From an uncultured delta proteobacterium (lineage in GTDB: Bacteria; Myxococcota_A; Polyangia; Polyangiales; CAVUEK01): a stretch of DNA of 64,000 bases. Both the position numbers and the translations under genes were made by a program. Below the pieces are notes generated by a model. The model did no database searches. It saw only the letters and a program-made list of their open reading frames with translations, and was not told the origin of the DNA. Position 1 is the first letter of the stretch. Each line of letters begins with the position of its first letter. Below are positions 31,532 through 41,634 of this stretch, one piece after another. The stretch is from positions 604,474 through 668,473 of the forward strand of contig CAVUEK010000006.1 in NCBI GenBank assembly GCA_963740495.1, written 5' to 3'.

Positions 31532-31562
31532 AGTGGCGAGGGTCGTGCTTCGCGCTCTCGCG

Positions 31563-32438
31563 ATGGGCGCGATCGCGGTTGCCGATCGTGTTCTCGCGGA
31601 CGCGTCCGCTCAGGTCCTCTATCCTCTCGGCGTGGGCTTTCGCGACGACGACCTGGCCACGCGGGCGCGTGCACACGCGCTCGAAGAGGAGCTCCGCGAC
31701 GCGCGCGCCGAGCTCGCGGCGCGCGACGCAGCGGGGAGGGCGACCACCAGGCCGAAGACGCCGGGCGGGGCGCACGGCGTCGTCGCGCTGTTCGCCGGAT
31801 CGATGCTCTCGTTCGGCGGAGCGCTCTACGCGGGCTTCGTCGTCAGCGGCCACGACGGGGAGACCGTAGGTGTTGGGCTCGGCCTGCTAGGCGCCGTCAT
31901 CGCTTGCCTCGCCGCGGCGATGCTCGTGATCTCGCAGTACGTCGTCGTGGTTCCTCCGAACGAGATCGCCATCCTCTCGGGCCGGCAGCGCCCGGGGCCG
32001 GACGGCTCGATGATCGGCTTCCGCGTGATCCGGGGCGGCCGCGCGGTCCGCATCCCGCTGCTCGAGCGGCTCGATTTCATGGCGCTGACGAACATGCCGC
32101 TCTCGATCGAAGTGCCGAGCTGCTACGCGAAGGGACCGTCGGTGCTGACTCTCCGCGGGTCGGCCAACGTGAAGATCGCCAGCGAGATGCCCTACGTCAT
32201 GCACGCCGTCGAGCGCTTCCTCGGGCAAGACCGGGCGCGGGTCGCCGAGGTGGCGCGCCAGACTCTCGAGGGCGCGCTCCGAGGCGTCGTCGCGCAGCTG
32301 ACGATCGAGGAGATCCGCGCGGATCTGATCCGGACGGCGACCGCGGTCACGCACGAGGTCGAGCACGACATGCGGCGGCTCGGGCTCGTGCTCGACACGT
32401 TCACGATCGACACCGTCGAGGGGGCGCGAACCGCCTGA
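31563..32438 (+). CDS. SPFH/band-7 (flotillin-like) domain membrane protein
   Basis: TM helix followed by VVVVPPNEIAILSGRQR...SIEVPSCYAKGPSVLTLRGSANVKIA. Start uncertain (GTG 31533/31545 or ATG 31563). Confidence 0.5.
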   Translation: MGAIAVADRVLADASAQVLYPLGVGFRDDDLATRARAHALEEELRDARAELAARDAAGRATTRPKTPGGAHGVVALFAGSMLSFGGALYAGFVVSGHDGETVGVGLGLLGAVIACLAAAMLVISQYVVVVPPNEIAILSGRQRPGPDGSMIGFRVIRGGRAVRIPLLERLDFMALTNMPLSIEVPSCYAKGPSVLTLRGSANVKIASEMPYVMHAVERFLGQDRARVAEVARQTLEGALRGVVAQLTIEEIRADLIRTATAVTHEVEHDMRRLGLVLDTFTIDTVEGARTA

Positions 32439-32442
32439 CGCT

Positions 32443-33285
32443 CTACGCCCGCCTTCGCGCGCGCCACACGCCCGGGGTCGTGCCGTGGGTGCTCCGAAAG
32501 TGGCTCACGAGGTGCGAGGCGGAGCTCAGGCCCACCTCGGCGGCGATCGCGTCGAGGTCGAGGTCCGTTCCGCCGAGGAAGTGCTCGATGCGCGCGGAGA
32601 GGTGACAATCGCGCTCGCCGCGGAGCGACGTAGCGTTCTCCTCGAGGCGTCGCTGGAGCGTTCGCTGCGAGATTCCGAGCCTGCTCGCCACCTCGGAGTT
32701 GCCGACGACGCCGTGCTCCCGGAAGACGTCGCGAACGCGGCGGACAATCTCGGGCGTGTCGGTCACCGACGCGCGCAACGCCTCGACCTCGGCGCGAAGG
32801 ATTGGGACGCCGCACCACTCGAATGCCGGCGCCGAGTCGTCCTGAAAGCACGCGAACGGGTGCGGCGGGCGGGCGACCTGCAACGCACCCGCGACGACCA
32901 CGCCGATGAACCCGCTCGGGTGGAGGATCGCTTGCCGCCCGACGTTCGGTCCCCATGCGTGGCGCCGCGCGACGAGGTACGCGAGGAGCTTTCCGAACGC
33001 GAGCACGTCGATCGCCTCGAGGTCGCGCCCATCGACGAACGAAGCATGGCCGGCGAAGCGCGGATCGACGCCCACCTCGAAGAACGGGATCATCTCGGCG
33101 ATGTCGCCTTCGAGCGGCCGGCCCCACATGATCGTGCCGAGCGCACGCGCCTCGTCCTGCCAGTAACAGAAGCAGCGGCCGACGAAGTAGCGACGGCCCG
33201 GCGGCCCTAGAAACGCTTTCGGCCCATACGTCTCGCGGAACGGCGGCCGATGCACAGACCGAGGATATACCAGGCTTCCCGTCAC
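32443..33285 (-). CDS. AraC-family transcriptional regulator
   Basis: C-terminal HTH VASRLGISQRTLQRRL...VGLSSASHLVSHFRSTHGTTP. Confidence 0.8.
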   Translation of the reverse strand: MTGSLVYPRSVHRPPFRETYGPKAFLGPPGRRYFVGRCFCYWQDEARALGTIMWGRPLEGDIAEMIPFFEVGVDPRFAGHASFVDGRDLEAIDVLAFGKLLAYLVARRHAWGPNVGRQAILHPSGFIGVVVAGALQVARPPHPFACFQDDSAPAFEWCGVPILRAEVEALRASVTDTPEIVRRVRDVFREHGVVGNSEVASRLGISQRTLQRRLEENATSLRGERDCHLSARIEHFLGGTDLDLDAIAAEVGLSSASHLVSHFRSTHGTTPGVWRARRRA

Positions 33286-33351
33286 CGCGCCAAGACGTTG
33301 TGGGAACGCGCCAACTCTGCGCAGCGGGCGTGCTCCCGGCTACGGTGGGGC

Positions 33352-34128
33352 ATGCGAACGTCACGCCCGTGCCTGGCTCTTCTCGCGCTCTGTGCTGCGT
33401 GTGGCGACGACACGGCGCCGCCGCCCGGCGACGGTGGGATGCCGACTCGCGACGGCGGGGGGACCCTCGACTGCATCGCCATCTTCGACTGCGCCGGCGG
33501 GTGCGCGGACGGGGACGACCCGTGCGTCAACGCGTGCCTCAATCGCGGCACGGCGGAATCGGTCGCGCAGGCGACCGCGCTCGCGGAGTGCGCGAACGAG
33601 GCCGGCTGCACCGACGAGGCCTGCCTCGCTTCGTCGTGCAGCGACGAGGTCCTCGCGTGCGCGGGGAGCACACCGGCAGACGGCGGCGTGCCCGATGCGG
33701 GTGGCGCATCCTGCACCTCGACCGCGGGCGTGCCCGAGCTCACGAGCGCGCTCACGGGCCTCGCGCCGTCGTACGCGAGCGGCGACGACATCACCGTCAG
33801 CTTCTCGGTCGACGGGGACACGCGGCGCGCGCGGCTCGCCGTGTACGACTACGGCTCGACGACGCTGCTCCTCCAGAACTGGGCCGAAGACGTCGCGCCG
33901 TCGTCGACCGTCACCGCGACCCTGACCGCGGGCGTGGTCGGCGGGCCGAGCGGTACCTACTACCTCACGGTCGAGCTCTGCTCGACGAGCGAGTGCAACA
34001 CCCCCGTCGTCCGCAACACGTACGCTCGGGCCGGAACGGACACGGCGTACTCGGAGACGCGCCTTCTGTCCCCCGGGACCGAAAGCTGCGCCGGCTCGAT
34101 TCCGATCGCACCGTTCACGATCGACTGA
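33352..34128 (+). CDS. Cys-rich lipoprotein, hypothetical
   Basis: Lipobox LALCAACG. Gly/Asp-rich with multiple Cys. Convergent with the radical SAM gene. Confidence 0.5.
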   Translation: MRTSRPCLALLALCAACGDDTAPPPGDGGMPTRDGGGTLDCIAIFDCAGGCADGDDPCVNACLNRGTAESVAQATALAECANEAGCTDEACLASSCSDEVLACAGSTPADGGVPDAGGASCTSTAGVPELTSALTGLAPSYASGDDITVSFSVDGDTRRARLAVYDYGSTTLLLQNWAEDVAPSSTVTATLTAGVVGGPSGTYYLTVELCSTSECNTPVVRNTYARAGTDTAYSETRLLSPGTESCAGSIPIAPFTID

Positions 34129-34167
34129 CGGTGCTCGCCGCGACTCGCGTCGGGCGTCACGTATCGC

Positions 34168-35409
34168 TCAGGAGCCGTCGCGGTCGCGCGGGAGCTGCAC
34201 GCCGATGCGCTCTTGGCGGACGCCGAGCTCGTCGGCCTTCTCGGCCTCCTTGCGGAGCTTGGCTTCGAAGAGGCGCCGGCCGCGGTCGGTGACGCGCCCG
34301 ACGGGTGGGGCGTCGGGCTCGCGCATCTCGGGGGGAGGCTCGTCGTCGTCGTGCTCGCCCGCTGCCCGCGACGCGGCGCGTGCCGCGGCGCGCGCGCGCG
34401 TCTCCTCCATCCGTACGGCGAAGTCCGCCCTCCAGGCGTCGAGCGAGCGGAAGCGATCGCGATAGGACGGATCGCTCGGGTCGTCGAGGATCGCGCGGAC
34501 GACCGCGTCGGGATCGATGAACACGGGCGCGAGCTCGCCCGGATCGTAGCCATTGCCGCGGTCGAAGAGGCCGCCGCAGATGTGCCGGAGCGAGCACGCG
34601 CCGCACGCGTCCGAGTAGACGTGCTCCCAATCGGTCTGGCGCACCGTCTGCTTCGCGTCGAGGAAGTGCACGATGCGCTCCTCGCCCTTGACGATCTTCC
34701 GCGTCTCGGTGCTCGCCCACGGGAAGTCGCTCATGTAACAGAGCGGCACCTTCTCGACGCGAAACGTGCGCCCGCTCTTGTGGAGGAAGCGCATCGCGCG
34801 CGCGAGCGACAGCTCGAAGTCGGCGAGCCGCGGAGTGAACTGGTCCTGGTTCACCTCGGCTCGCCCCATCGACGGGTCGAGGTTGTTCCAGACGAAGTGC
34901 CTGATGAACGGGTGGCGCGCCGTCAGCTCGCGCACGTTGTGGTCCAGATGATCCGCGTTGAGCTTGTTGATGACGCAGTTGACGTTCACGTCGATGCCGT
35001 TCGCGTGCGCGTTGTCGAGCGCCGCGTGCGCACGCTCGAGCGTCCCCTTCGCGCCCCGCAGGCGCTCCTCGATCTCGGGCTTCACCGAGTAGATCGACAC
35101 GTGCACGAGCTGCAGGCCCGCCTCCGCGAGGTCCCGGGCGAAGCCGGCATCCGCGAGCCGATGACCGTTCGTGATCATCCGAACGTGCAACCCCTTCTCA
35201 CGCGCGTAGCCCGCGATCCTCGGAAGCTCCGGATGGAGCGTCGGCTCGCCGCCGGTGAGGATCACGCCGAAGTACCCACGCCCGACGAAGTCGTCGACCA
35301 ACACCTTCATCGACTCGAAGTCGTGCGTGTAGGGCGTCGTCGGGTTCGAGCAGAACCCGCAGAAATGATTGCAGTGCCGAACCACCTGAATGTAGCCGAT
35401 GTTCGCCAC
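34168..35409 (-). CDS. Radical SAM enzyme with C-terminal SPASM/twitch-like Cys cluster and acidic/coiled tail
   Basis: CNHFCGFC (CxxxCxxC). GGEPTL. C-terminal CYMS...DACGACSLRHICGG. Confidence 0.8.
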   Translation of the reverse strand: MANIGYIQVVRHCNHFCGFCSNPTTPYTHDFESMKVLVDDFVGRGYFGVILTGGEPTLHPELPRIAGYAREKGLHVRMITNGHRLADAGFARDLAEAGLQLVHVSIYSVKPEIEERLRGAKGTLERAHAALDNAHANGIDVNVNCVINKLNADHLDHNVRELTARHPFIRHFVWNNLDPSMGRAEVNQDQFTPRLADFELSLARAMRFLHKSGRTFRVEKVPLCYMSDFPWASTETRKIVKGEERIVHFLDAKQTVRQTDWEHVYSDACGACSLRHICGGLFDRGNGYDPGELAPVFIDPDAVVRAILDDPSDPSYRDRFRSLDAWRADFAVRMEETRARAAARAASRAAGEHDDDEPPPEMREPDAPPVGRVTDRGRRLFEAKLRKEAEKADELGVRQERIGVQLPRDRDGS

Positions 35410-35465
35410 GCCTCTTCAGTGTAGCGCGGCACCAGAGACCGCGCGCTGCCGGGTCGCGCGACCGG

Positions 35466-36311
35466 CTACGACCCAGCCGCGACCGCGTCGCGCGCCGGCG
35501 CCTCGGCCACGGTTGGGCTCGCCTCACTCGCGAGAAGAAAGAGAGCCTCTTGGCCCCCCCAATCGGGCTGCGTCGCCTGGCCCGGGCGTAGTGCGACGAC
35601 GGCCGAGTCGGCGCCGTCCGGATGCGAGTCGTACCCGGCGAGATCAACGGCCAGGACCTCCGTTCGCGGCACCATGCGGTAGTCGTTCGAGCCCGCCCGG
35701 GCGAGCTCGGCAATCCGGTGAATGCGCGCGGTACGCCGCGCGACGAGCGCGTACCCCGCCACCCCTACGACGAACAAGAGGAGCGCCGCGCCTCGGCGAA
35801 GCCATCCGGTCGCACCGTCGCCGTCGAAGACGACGAGGGCGAGCACGCCGAGGACAATCCCCCGCGTGGCGAGCCCACGGAGGACCTTCGCGTGGCTCAT
35901 GACGTTCGCGTCGCGGCGCGCGGTACGCGCGCGAGAGATGGGGGTCGCCACGAGGAAGATGACGGCCATGGTCTTGAAGAAGCCGACGAAGAGCGCGCCC
36001 AAGAGGATCGAGCCGAGACCGGTGCCGCCATCGAGCACGATGAAGACAATCTCGAACGCCGCGGCCACACCCCACGCGGAGAGCCCACACGCGACGTCGG
36101 CCCGCTTGTCGTCACGAATCACGAGCGCTGCCCACACGGGGACGAGCGCCATGACGGCCCCTGCGAGCGCGCGAAGAGCATAGGCGCCGAGCTCCTGCGC
36201 AGAGCCAAGCCCGATCATCGCCACCGCACCGGCCAGGGCTGCCCCGGCCGTGGTCGCGACGACGACCGACCGCTTCAGCCCGTCGACGGTGTATCGCTTC
36301 TCGCCCCTCAT
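35466..36311 (-). CDS. Hypothetical polytopic membrane protein
   Basis: Multiple hydrophobic helices. High GC3. Immediately upstream and co-oriented with the radical SAM gene. Confidence 0.45.
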   Translation of the reverse strand: MRGEKRYTVDGLKRSVVVATTAGAALAGAVAMIGLGSAQELGAYALRALAGAVMALVPVWAALVIRDDKRADVACGLSAWGVAAAFEIVFIVLDGGTGLGSILLGALFVGFFKTMAVIFLVATPISRARTARRDANVMSHAKVLRGLATRGIVLGVLALVVFDGDGATGWLRRGAALLLFVVGVAGYALVARRTARIHRIAELARAGSNDYRMVPRTEVLAVDLAGYDSHPDGADSAVVALRPGQATQPDWGGQEALFLLASEASPTVAEAPARDAVAAGS

Positions 36312-36390
36312 CGAGCCTCCAACGCTCCCCGAACCTCACCACATTCCTGGTCGGAGTGACGTTCGCGCCTCACCGCGGCCCGAGCAGACG

Positions 36391-37551
36391 TCACGCGCTC
36401 GCGGGAGGCGTCGTGGACGGGTTGACCCGCGGCAGATCGATCGTGAACGACGTGCCGGTAGCCCCCGTCGAGACCGACACCTTGCCGCCGGCGCTCATCA
36501 CCATCTCGCGCACGATGGCGAGGCCGAGCCCGTCGCCGCCCGTCTTCGTCGTGAAGTGCGGGTCGAAGATGCGGCCGAGGTGCTCGGTCGGGATGCCGGG
36601 CCCGGAGTCGGTGACGCTGATCATCGCGCGATCGCCCATCTCGGCGACCTTGACCACGATCGACGCGACCTCCGGCCCCTGATCTTTCACCGCATGCGCG
36701 GCGTTGAGGAGGAGATTCATGACGACCTGCCCGAGGATCGACGCCTCCATGGGCACGCGGGGCGTTCCCTCGACGATGACCTGCAAGCGCGCGACCTTCT
36801 TGATCTCGGCGCGCAGGATGCGCGCGGTCGAATCGACGACCCGGTCGGCGGCGGAACGGGCAGGCGCAGAAGCGCGGATCTCGCCTTGCCTGAGCCGCTT
36901 CACCATGTCGATGAGCTGCTGCACGCCGGCCGCGCTGTCGGCGTGCGACTCGCGCGCCGACTCGAGCAGTGCGCGCGCGCGGGGCGCATCGCGCTCGACC
37001 GAATCGAGCGCCCCCTCGAGCGCGTGCGCGACCGAATGGACCGTCATCTCGAGCGCCTGTAGGAAGTTGCCCATCTCGTGCGCGATGCCGGCCTCGACGG
37101 TTCGCGCCGACGCGCCCTGCCCCGCCTGGAGCAGCCGCACCTCCATGTCGCGCACCGTGCGCTGGATGTGGACGAGCTCGACCCCCGTCCGCAGCACCTC
37201 GATCAACTCTTCGTTGCGGAACGGCTTCGTGACGTACCGCAGGACCTTGCCTCGATTGATCGCCTCGATCGCCGCATGCATGTCCGAGTGCGCGGTGATC
37301 AGGATGCGGATCGCTTCGGGGCGGATCTCCCGCGCCGCTTCGCAAACCTCGATGCCGGAGAGCCCGGGCATGCGCTGATCGCACATCAAGACGGCGATGT
37401 CCTCGCGCTCGTGGAGGATCCGCAGCGCCTCTTCGCCGTTCGTCGCAGTGATGAGCTCGAACGCGCGGTCGAGGATGTAGCGAACCGTGACGAGATTCCC
37501 CATCTCGTCGTCGACGTAGAGGATGGGGTAGTCCTTGTAGTCGATCGTCAT
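36391..37551 (-). CDS. Hybrid response-regulator receiver / histidine kinase (REC-HisKA-HATPase)
   Basis: REC: ILYVDDE..D..MPG..G...KPF. H-box IAHEMGNFLQ. N-box LLLNA. G-boxes DSGPGIP and GGDGLGL. Confidence 0.8.
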   Translation of the reverse strand: MTIDYKDYPILYVDDEMGNLVTVRYILDRAFELITATNGEEALRILHEREDIAVLMCDQRMPGLSGIEVCEAAREIRPEAIRILITAHSDMHAAIEAINRGKVLRYVTKPFRNEELIEVLRTGVELVHIQRTVRDMEVRLLQAGQGASARTVEAGIAHEMGNFLQALEMTVHSVAHALEGALDSVERDAPRARALLESARESHADSAAGVQQLIDMVKRLRQGEIRASAPARSAADRVVDSTARILRAEIKKVARLQVIVEGTPRVPMEASILGQVVMNLLLNAAHAVKDQGPEVASIVVKVAEMGDRAMISVTDSGPGIPTEHLGRIFDPHFTTKTGGDGLGLAIVREMVMSAGGKVSVSTGATGTSFTIDLPRVNPSTTPPASA

Positions 37552-37657
37552 ACCTCGCTCACACTCGACACCCCGGTAGCACAGGTTATCACGCCGGCGA
37601 TCCGAACGGCGTGTCCTCTTTGAGCTTCGGCGGCACCCAAGTACCCTGTAACGAGAG

Positions 37658-39940
37658 ATGGGTCGTTCGTCGCAGCTCGACCGAGCGGCGCGGGAGCTCG
37701 CGCCGGCCGTCGTCGACGCCGGCGGTCAGCAAGCGAGGCTCGAGACGTACGTCGCAGCGATTCGAGGACGCGGACGGAGCCGAGCGCTCGTCCTCGCCCC
37801 GATCGCCACCGAGGGTCTGCCCAAGGAGATCGAGTGGGCGAAGGTCGTCGTGCTCGCCGCTGACGGCTTCATCCTGCACGCAACCCGCATCGAGGTCGGA
37901 CGCGGAGAGGTCTCGGTGCCTCTCCACGGCGCTCGGCTCACCCCCGCACCGCCCACGCGCCGGCTCACGGTCCGGCGTGCGCCTCGCGATCCGCGCATCC
38001 TCGTCGTGCCGTACGGCGGCGACGAAGTCGACCTCTATGCGTTCCCCGTGCTCGACCTCTCGCGCGACGGCTGCGCCATCGAAGCGTCGCACCCACTGGT
38101 CGCGGGCGCTCAGCTCCAGGGGGTCGAGCTCTGGGGGGACCGGCGGCTGCTGCGTCGCGCCATGGCGACCGTGCTCGAGACGATCCCGTGGCGTACGCCC
38201 GACGGCGATCGCCGCTTTCGCATGCGCCTCTCACTCGCGGAGATGCCCGATTCGTCTCCGCGCGCGAGCGACCGAGTGACCGATCCGACTCGCGTGCGGC
38301 GCATCCTCGAGCTGGCGGCGCTCGTGAGCACACGCGTATCGCTCGAGCTCGTGGGCGGAGCGCGCCTCAGCGGGCACCTCATCTCCGCCGAGTCGGACAA
38401 GCTCAGCGTGCGCGTCGACGAGCCGACGCTCGCGGCGGCCAGGCTGCAACTCGACTTCGAGCTCTTCGGCGTCAGCTACGCGATGGATGTGCGTGTCGTT
38501 CGGTGGTCGAGCGAGCAACGTCTCGTCACGCTCGCGTTCCCGCTCCATCTTCACCGCCGCCAGCGGCGCTATCAGTTCCGGGCCAGCGTGCCGGAAGAGA
38601 TCGCGCTCACGCTCGTCACTCACAATCCCGCGACGGGCGAGGTCATCACCCGCTCGCTGCTCGACCTCTCGTTCGGCGGCGCGAGCTTCGCCGTGGATCC
38701 GGAGAAGGACGTGCTGTGGCCCGGGCTCGCTCTGGAGGCAGGAAAAATCCTCTGGGCCGAGAGGGCCGTCGCCGTCGGCGAGCTCGAGGTCCGGAGCGTC
38801 GACGAGCAACGGATCTGCCGCGTGGAGATGCGCGCACCGACGACGGTCGACTCGCCCGCGTTCGTCGATCTCATGGCACGGTTGCGCTATCCGACGATGG
38901 AAGTGCACGACGGCGCGGACTTCGACGGGATGGTGAAGCTCTACGAAGAGGTCGGGCTCTTCGGCGCGCACATGACGCGCAATCTCCCTCCCGTTCGCGA
39001 CGCCGCGCGCGTCACGTGGAAGCGCATGCATGCCAGCGACCTCTGCCGCACGCTCGTGCAGCGAGAGGAAGGCCGCCTCGTCGCCGCGGTCTCGGCCGTG
39101 CGGGCGTGGGACCAATCCTGGGTGATCCAACACATGGTCGCCTCACCCGACCGGCGCATCCGGAAGCCGAGCGTGCTTCACATGGCGTATCTCGACCACA
39201 TCTTGCCACGCCCCGACGGTCGCTACATGGTCGTCTTCGTCAACACCGCCAACCGGCGTATCACGAGCTTCCTCGAGCGCTTCTTCGCGCTCACCGGAAC
39301 GCCCGAAGCGATCGCGCGCCGCGACATGAGCCTCTGGGTCGTGCGGGGCGGTCGCAAGCGCTCCGGCATCCTTCCGACCATCGGACTGTCGATTCGCTCG
39401 ATGCGCCAGGCCGACGAGCGCGCCGTCGGCAACGCAGCGGAGCGAATGTTTGGCCGCCTCGGAGCGGCCGCCCTCGCCCTTCGTGAAGGTGACTTCGCCA
39501 TCGAGGACACCCGCGCTCAGCTGCGTCGCCTCGGAGTACATCGGCAGCGCCGGAGCTCCCTCATCACCGACCGCGGCTACCCAATCCTCGCGCTCATCGA
39601 GGAGCAATCCGACCCCGGCCTCAACCTCACGTGGCTCCTGAACGCCACGTGGGTCCTGCCCATGCACCCCGAGCGCCGCGGCGCCGACGCGCTCCACCTG
39701 GCCGCCGCGCACATCCTCGGGCAGCCCGCGCAGACCGCCACCGGCGACCGATTCGCCTTACTGCCCGCCGAGATCGAGACCACCGCGTTCGAGCGCGCTG
39801 GCTTCGAGCACGAGGCCGAGGTCAGCGTCCACAGCTACAACCGCGCCGGCCTCCACCGCTGGTACTACTTCATCCGCGAAAGGCGGGACCCGTCGGGCTC
39901 GAGCGCTGAGCCGTCGACGCTGATCGCTCACGCCGGATGA
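37658..39940 (+). CDS. Multi-domain protein with two PilZ-like (c-di-GMP-binding) domains and C-terminal uncharacterised region
   Basis: RxxxR...DLSRDGCAIE and RSLLDLSFGGASFAV PilZ-type motifs. 760 aa. Confidence 0.55.
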   Translation: MGRSSQLDRAARELAPAVVDAGGQQARLETYVAAIRGRGRSRALVLAPIATEGLPKEIEWAKVVVLAADGFILHATRIEVGRGEVSVPLHGARLTPAPPTRRLTVRRAPRDPRILVVPYGGDEVDLYAFPVLDLSRDGCAIEASHPLVAGAQLQGVELWGDRRLLRRAMATVLETIPWRTPDGDRRFRMRLSLAEMPDSSPRASDRVTDPTRVRRILELAALVSTRVSLELVGGARLSGHLISAESDKLSVRVDEPTLAAARLQLDFELFGVSYAMDVRVVRWSSEQRLVTLAFPLHLHRRQRRYQFRASVPEEIALTLVTHNPATGEVITRSLLDLSFGGASFAVDPEKDVLWPGLALEAGKILWAERAVAVGELEVRSVDEQRICRVEMRAPTTVDSPAFVDLMARLRYPTMEVHDGADFDGMVKLYEEVGLFGAHMTRNLPPVRDAARVTWKRMHASDLCRTLVQREEGRLVAAVSAVRAWDQSWVIQHMVASPDRRIRKPSVLHMAYLDHILPRPDGRYMVVFVNTANRRITSFLERFFALTGTPEAIARRDMSLWVVRGGRKRSGILPTIGLSIRSMRQADERAVGNAAERMFGRLGAAALALREGDFAIEDTRAQLRRLGVHRQRRSSLITDRGYPILALIEEQSDPGLNLTWLLNATWVLPMHPERRGADALHLAAAHILGQPAQTATGDRFALLPAEIETTAFERAGFEHEAEVSVHSYNRAGLHRWYYFIRERRDPSGSSAEPSTLIAHAG

Positions 39941-40018
39941 GCCCACGACCGGATGTTCGGCTCGCCTCGTTGCTACTGTCGAATTGTCAGCTATATGGAC
40001 GAGCCTCGCGGACATTCG

Positions 40019-40798
40019 ATGGACGAGCGTTACGACCGCAACATCGGAGTTTGGACCGAAGCCTTCCAGGAACGGCTGTGGCGAGCGCGGGTAGGCATCG
40101 CCGGCAGCGGCGCCGCGGGCGAAGGTCTCTCGGACCTCCTCGCTCGCATGGGTGTCGGCTCGATCAAGATTGCAGATCCGGATCGCTTCGAGCGCACGAA
40201 CATCAACCGTCAAATCGACGCGTCCGAGCAGACCCTCGGCCGCAAGAAGGTCGACGTCGCGGCGGAACGGATCCGGGGGATCAACCCCGACATCGAAGTG
40301 GTCACCTACGACGAGGGCGTGACCGCAGAGAACATCGGAGACTTCCTCGACGGCTGCGACTTCGTCCACGAGGCCATCGACTACTCGGCCCCCGCCGCGA
40401 GATCCTCCTGCATCGAGAGGCTCGAAAGCGAGGGATTATCGCGACGACCTCGGCCGTCGTGGGTACCGGTTCGGTGCTCTTCGTTTTTCTATCCCGACGA
40501 GATGACGTACGAGGAGTACTTCCAGTACCCAGGTGACACGAAGACCTGGAAGCCCCCGCCAAATCGGATCATCGGGATCGAGCCCCCTCTTACCTCGACA
40601 AAGAGCGATTCCTGGGGCGAGTTGCGGTGGGCACGGTGCCCACGACGGCGCCGGGAGCTTGCCTCGCCGGATATCTCGCTGCCGTCGCCTACGTCAGCAT
40701 ACTCCAGGGACAACGCGTGCCTGGAGCTCCGAAGATGGTCCGCGTGGACCTCTGGGGGATGATAGGCGTGACCGTTTTCGACGCGGACGCGGCCAAAT
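40019..40798 (+). pseudogene. ThiF/MoeB-family E1-like adenylyltransferase, at least 3 frame disruptions (about 40395, about 40485, 40560-40640)
   Basis: RNIGVW...GIAGSGAAGEG...DPDRFERTNINRQ in frame +2. ARKRGIIATTSAVVGTGSVLFV in frame +1. C-terminal LAGYLAAVAYVSILQG...DLWGMIGVTVFDADAAK in the third frame ends at 40798. Confidence 0.6.
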
Positions 40799-41628
40799 GA
40801 GTGGCGTCACGCCACTCCACGCCCTCAGCGGACACTCGGGTCGCAGGCTCCTGAAGCTCGAGGGGCCAAACCCCACCGGCTCCATCAAGGACCGGCTCGC
40901 CGAACATCTGCTCACGACGGCCCGCGCGCGTGGCGAGTTGCACGCCGGTCAACCAATCGTCGAGGTCACGACCGGAAACACGGGGGTCGCGCTCGCGAGG
41001 GTCGCCCAACGCTTCGGTAGCCCGCTGGAGCTGATCGTCCCTGAGGGTCTGCCGGATGGCATCTTGTCGCGCCTGGCCCCATATCGGGCAACCGTGACGG
41101 TCATCGACCGGGAGGCTGGCGTGGAGGCCGCGATGCGTCTCGCGCACGAGAGGCGATTCCATGGCTACTACTGGCCCGACCAGTATGGAAACGCGGAATC
41201 GTCGCGGTCGTACGTGGGGCTCGCGAACGAGCTGCGGGTCCATCCCCGTGATAGACGAACTGTTCGCAGCGGTCGGTACGGGCGGGACGATCATGGGTGT
41301 CGGCCTCCACGTGCGGCGCCGCGATCCGCACGTGCGCATCGTCGCCGTCGAGTCATCCGAGATGGACATCGAGGGAATGCGAAATACCCGCATTGCGCAT
41401 CGTGGGAGTAGTGATCTCTACCAACTCGACTTCCCTGACGAGACCGTGCGCGTCACGAGGACGCAAGCGCAGGCGGGGCTCGACGCTCTCCGACGGGAAG
41501 GGATCACCGCGGGCTTGAGCTCTGGCGCGGTATTCCACGCTGCAACGCAGACGATGGCGCACGGAACGACCTCGGTGCTCGTGTCTGCGGATGGACGAGC
41601 AGAGTTGCCCGATCCCACGCGGAGCTGA
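40797..41628 (+). pseudogene. Cysteine synthase (CysK/CysM)-fold PLP-dependent enzyme, frame disruption at about 41240
   Basis: GSIKDR, TTGNTGVALA in frame 0. IPVIDELFAAVGTGGTIMGVG in frame +1. ATGA start overlap with the ThiF-like gene. Confidence 0.65.
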
Positions 41629-41634
41629 TTACTG

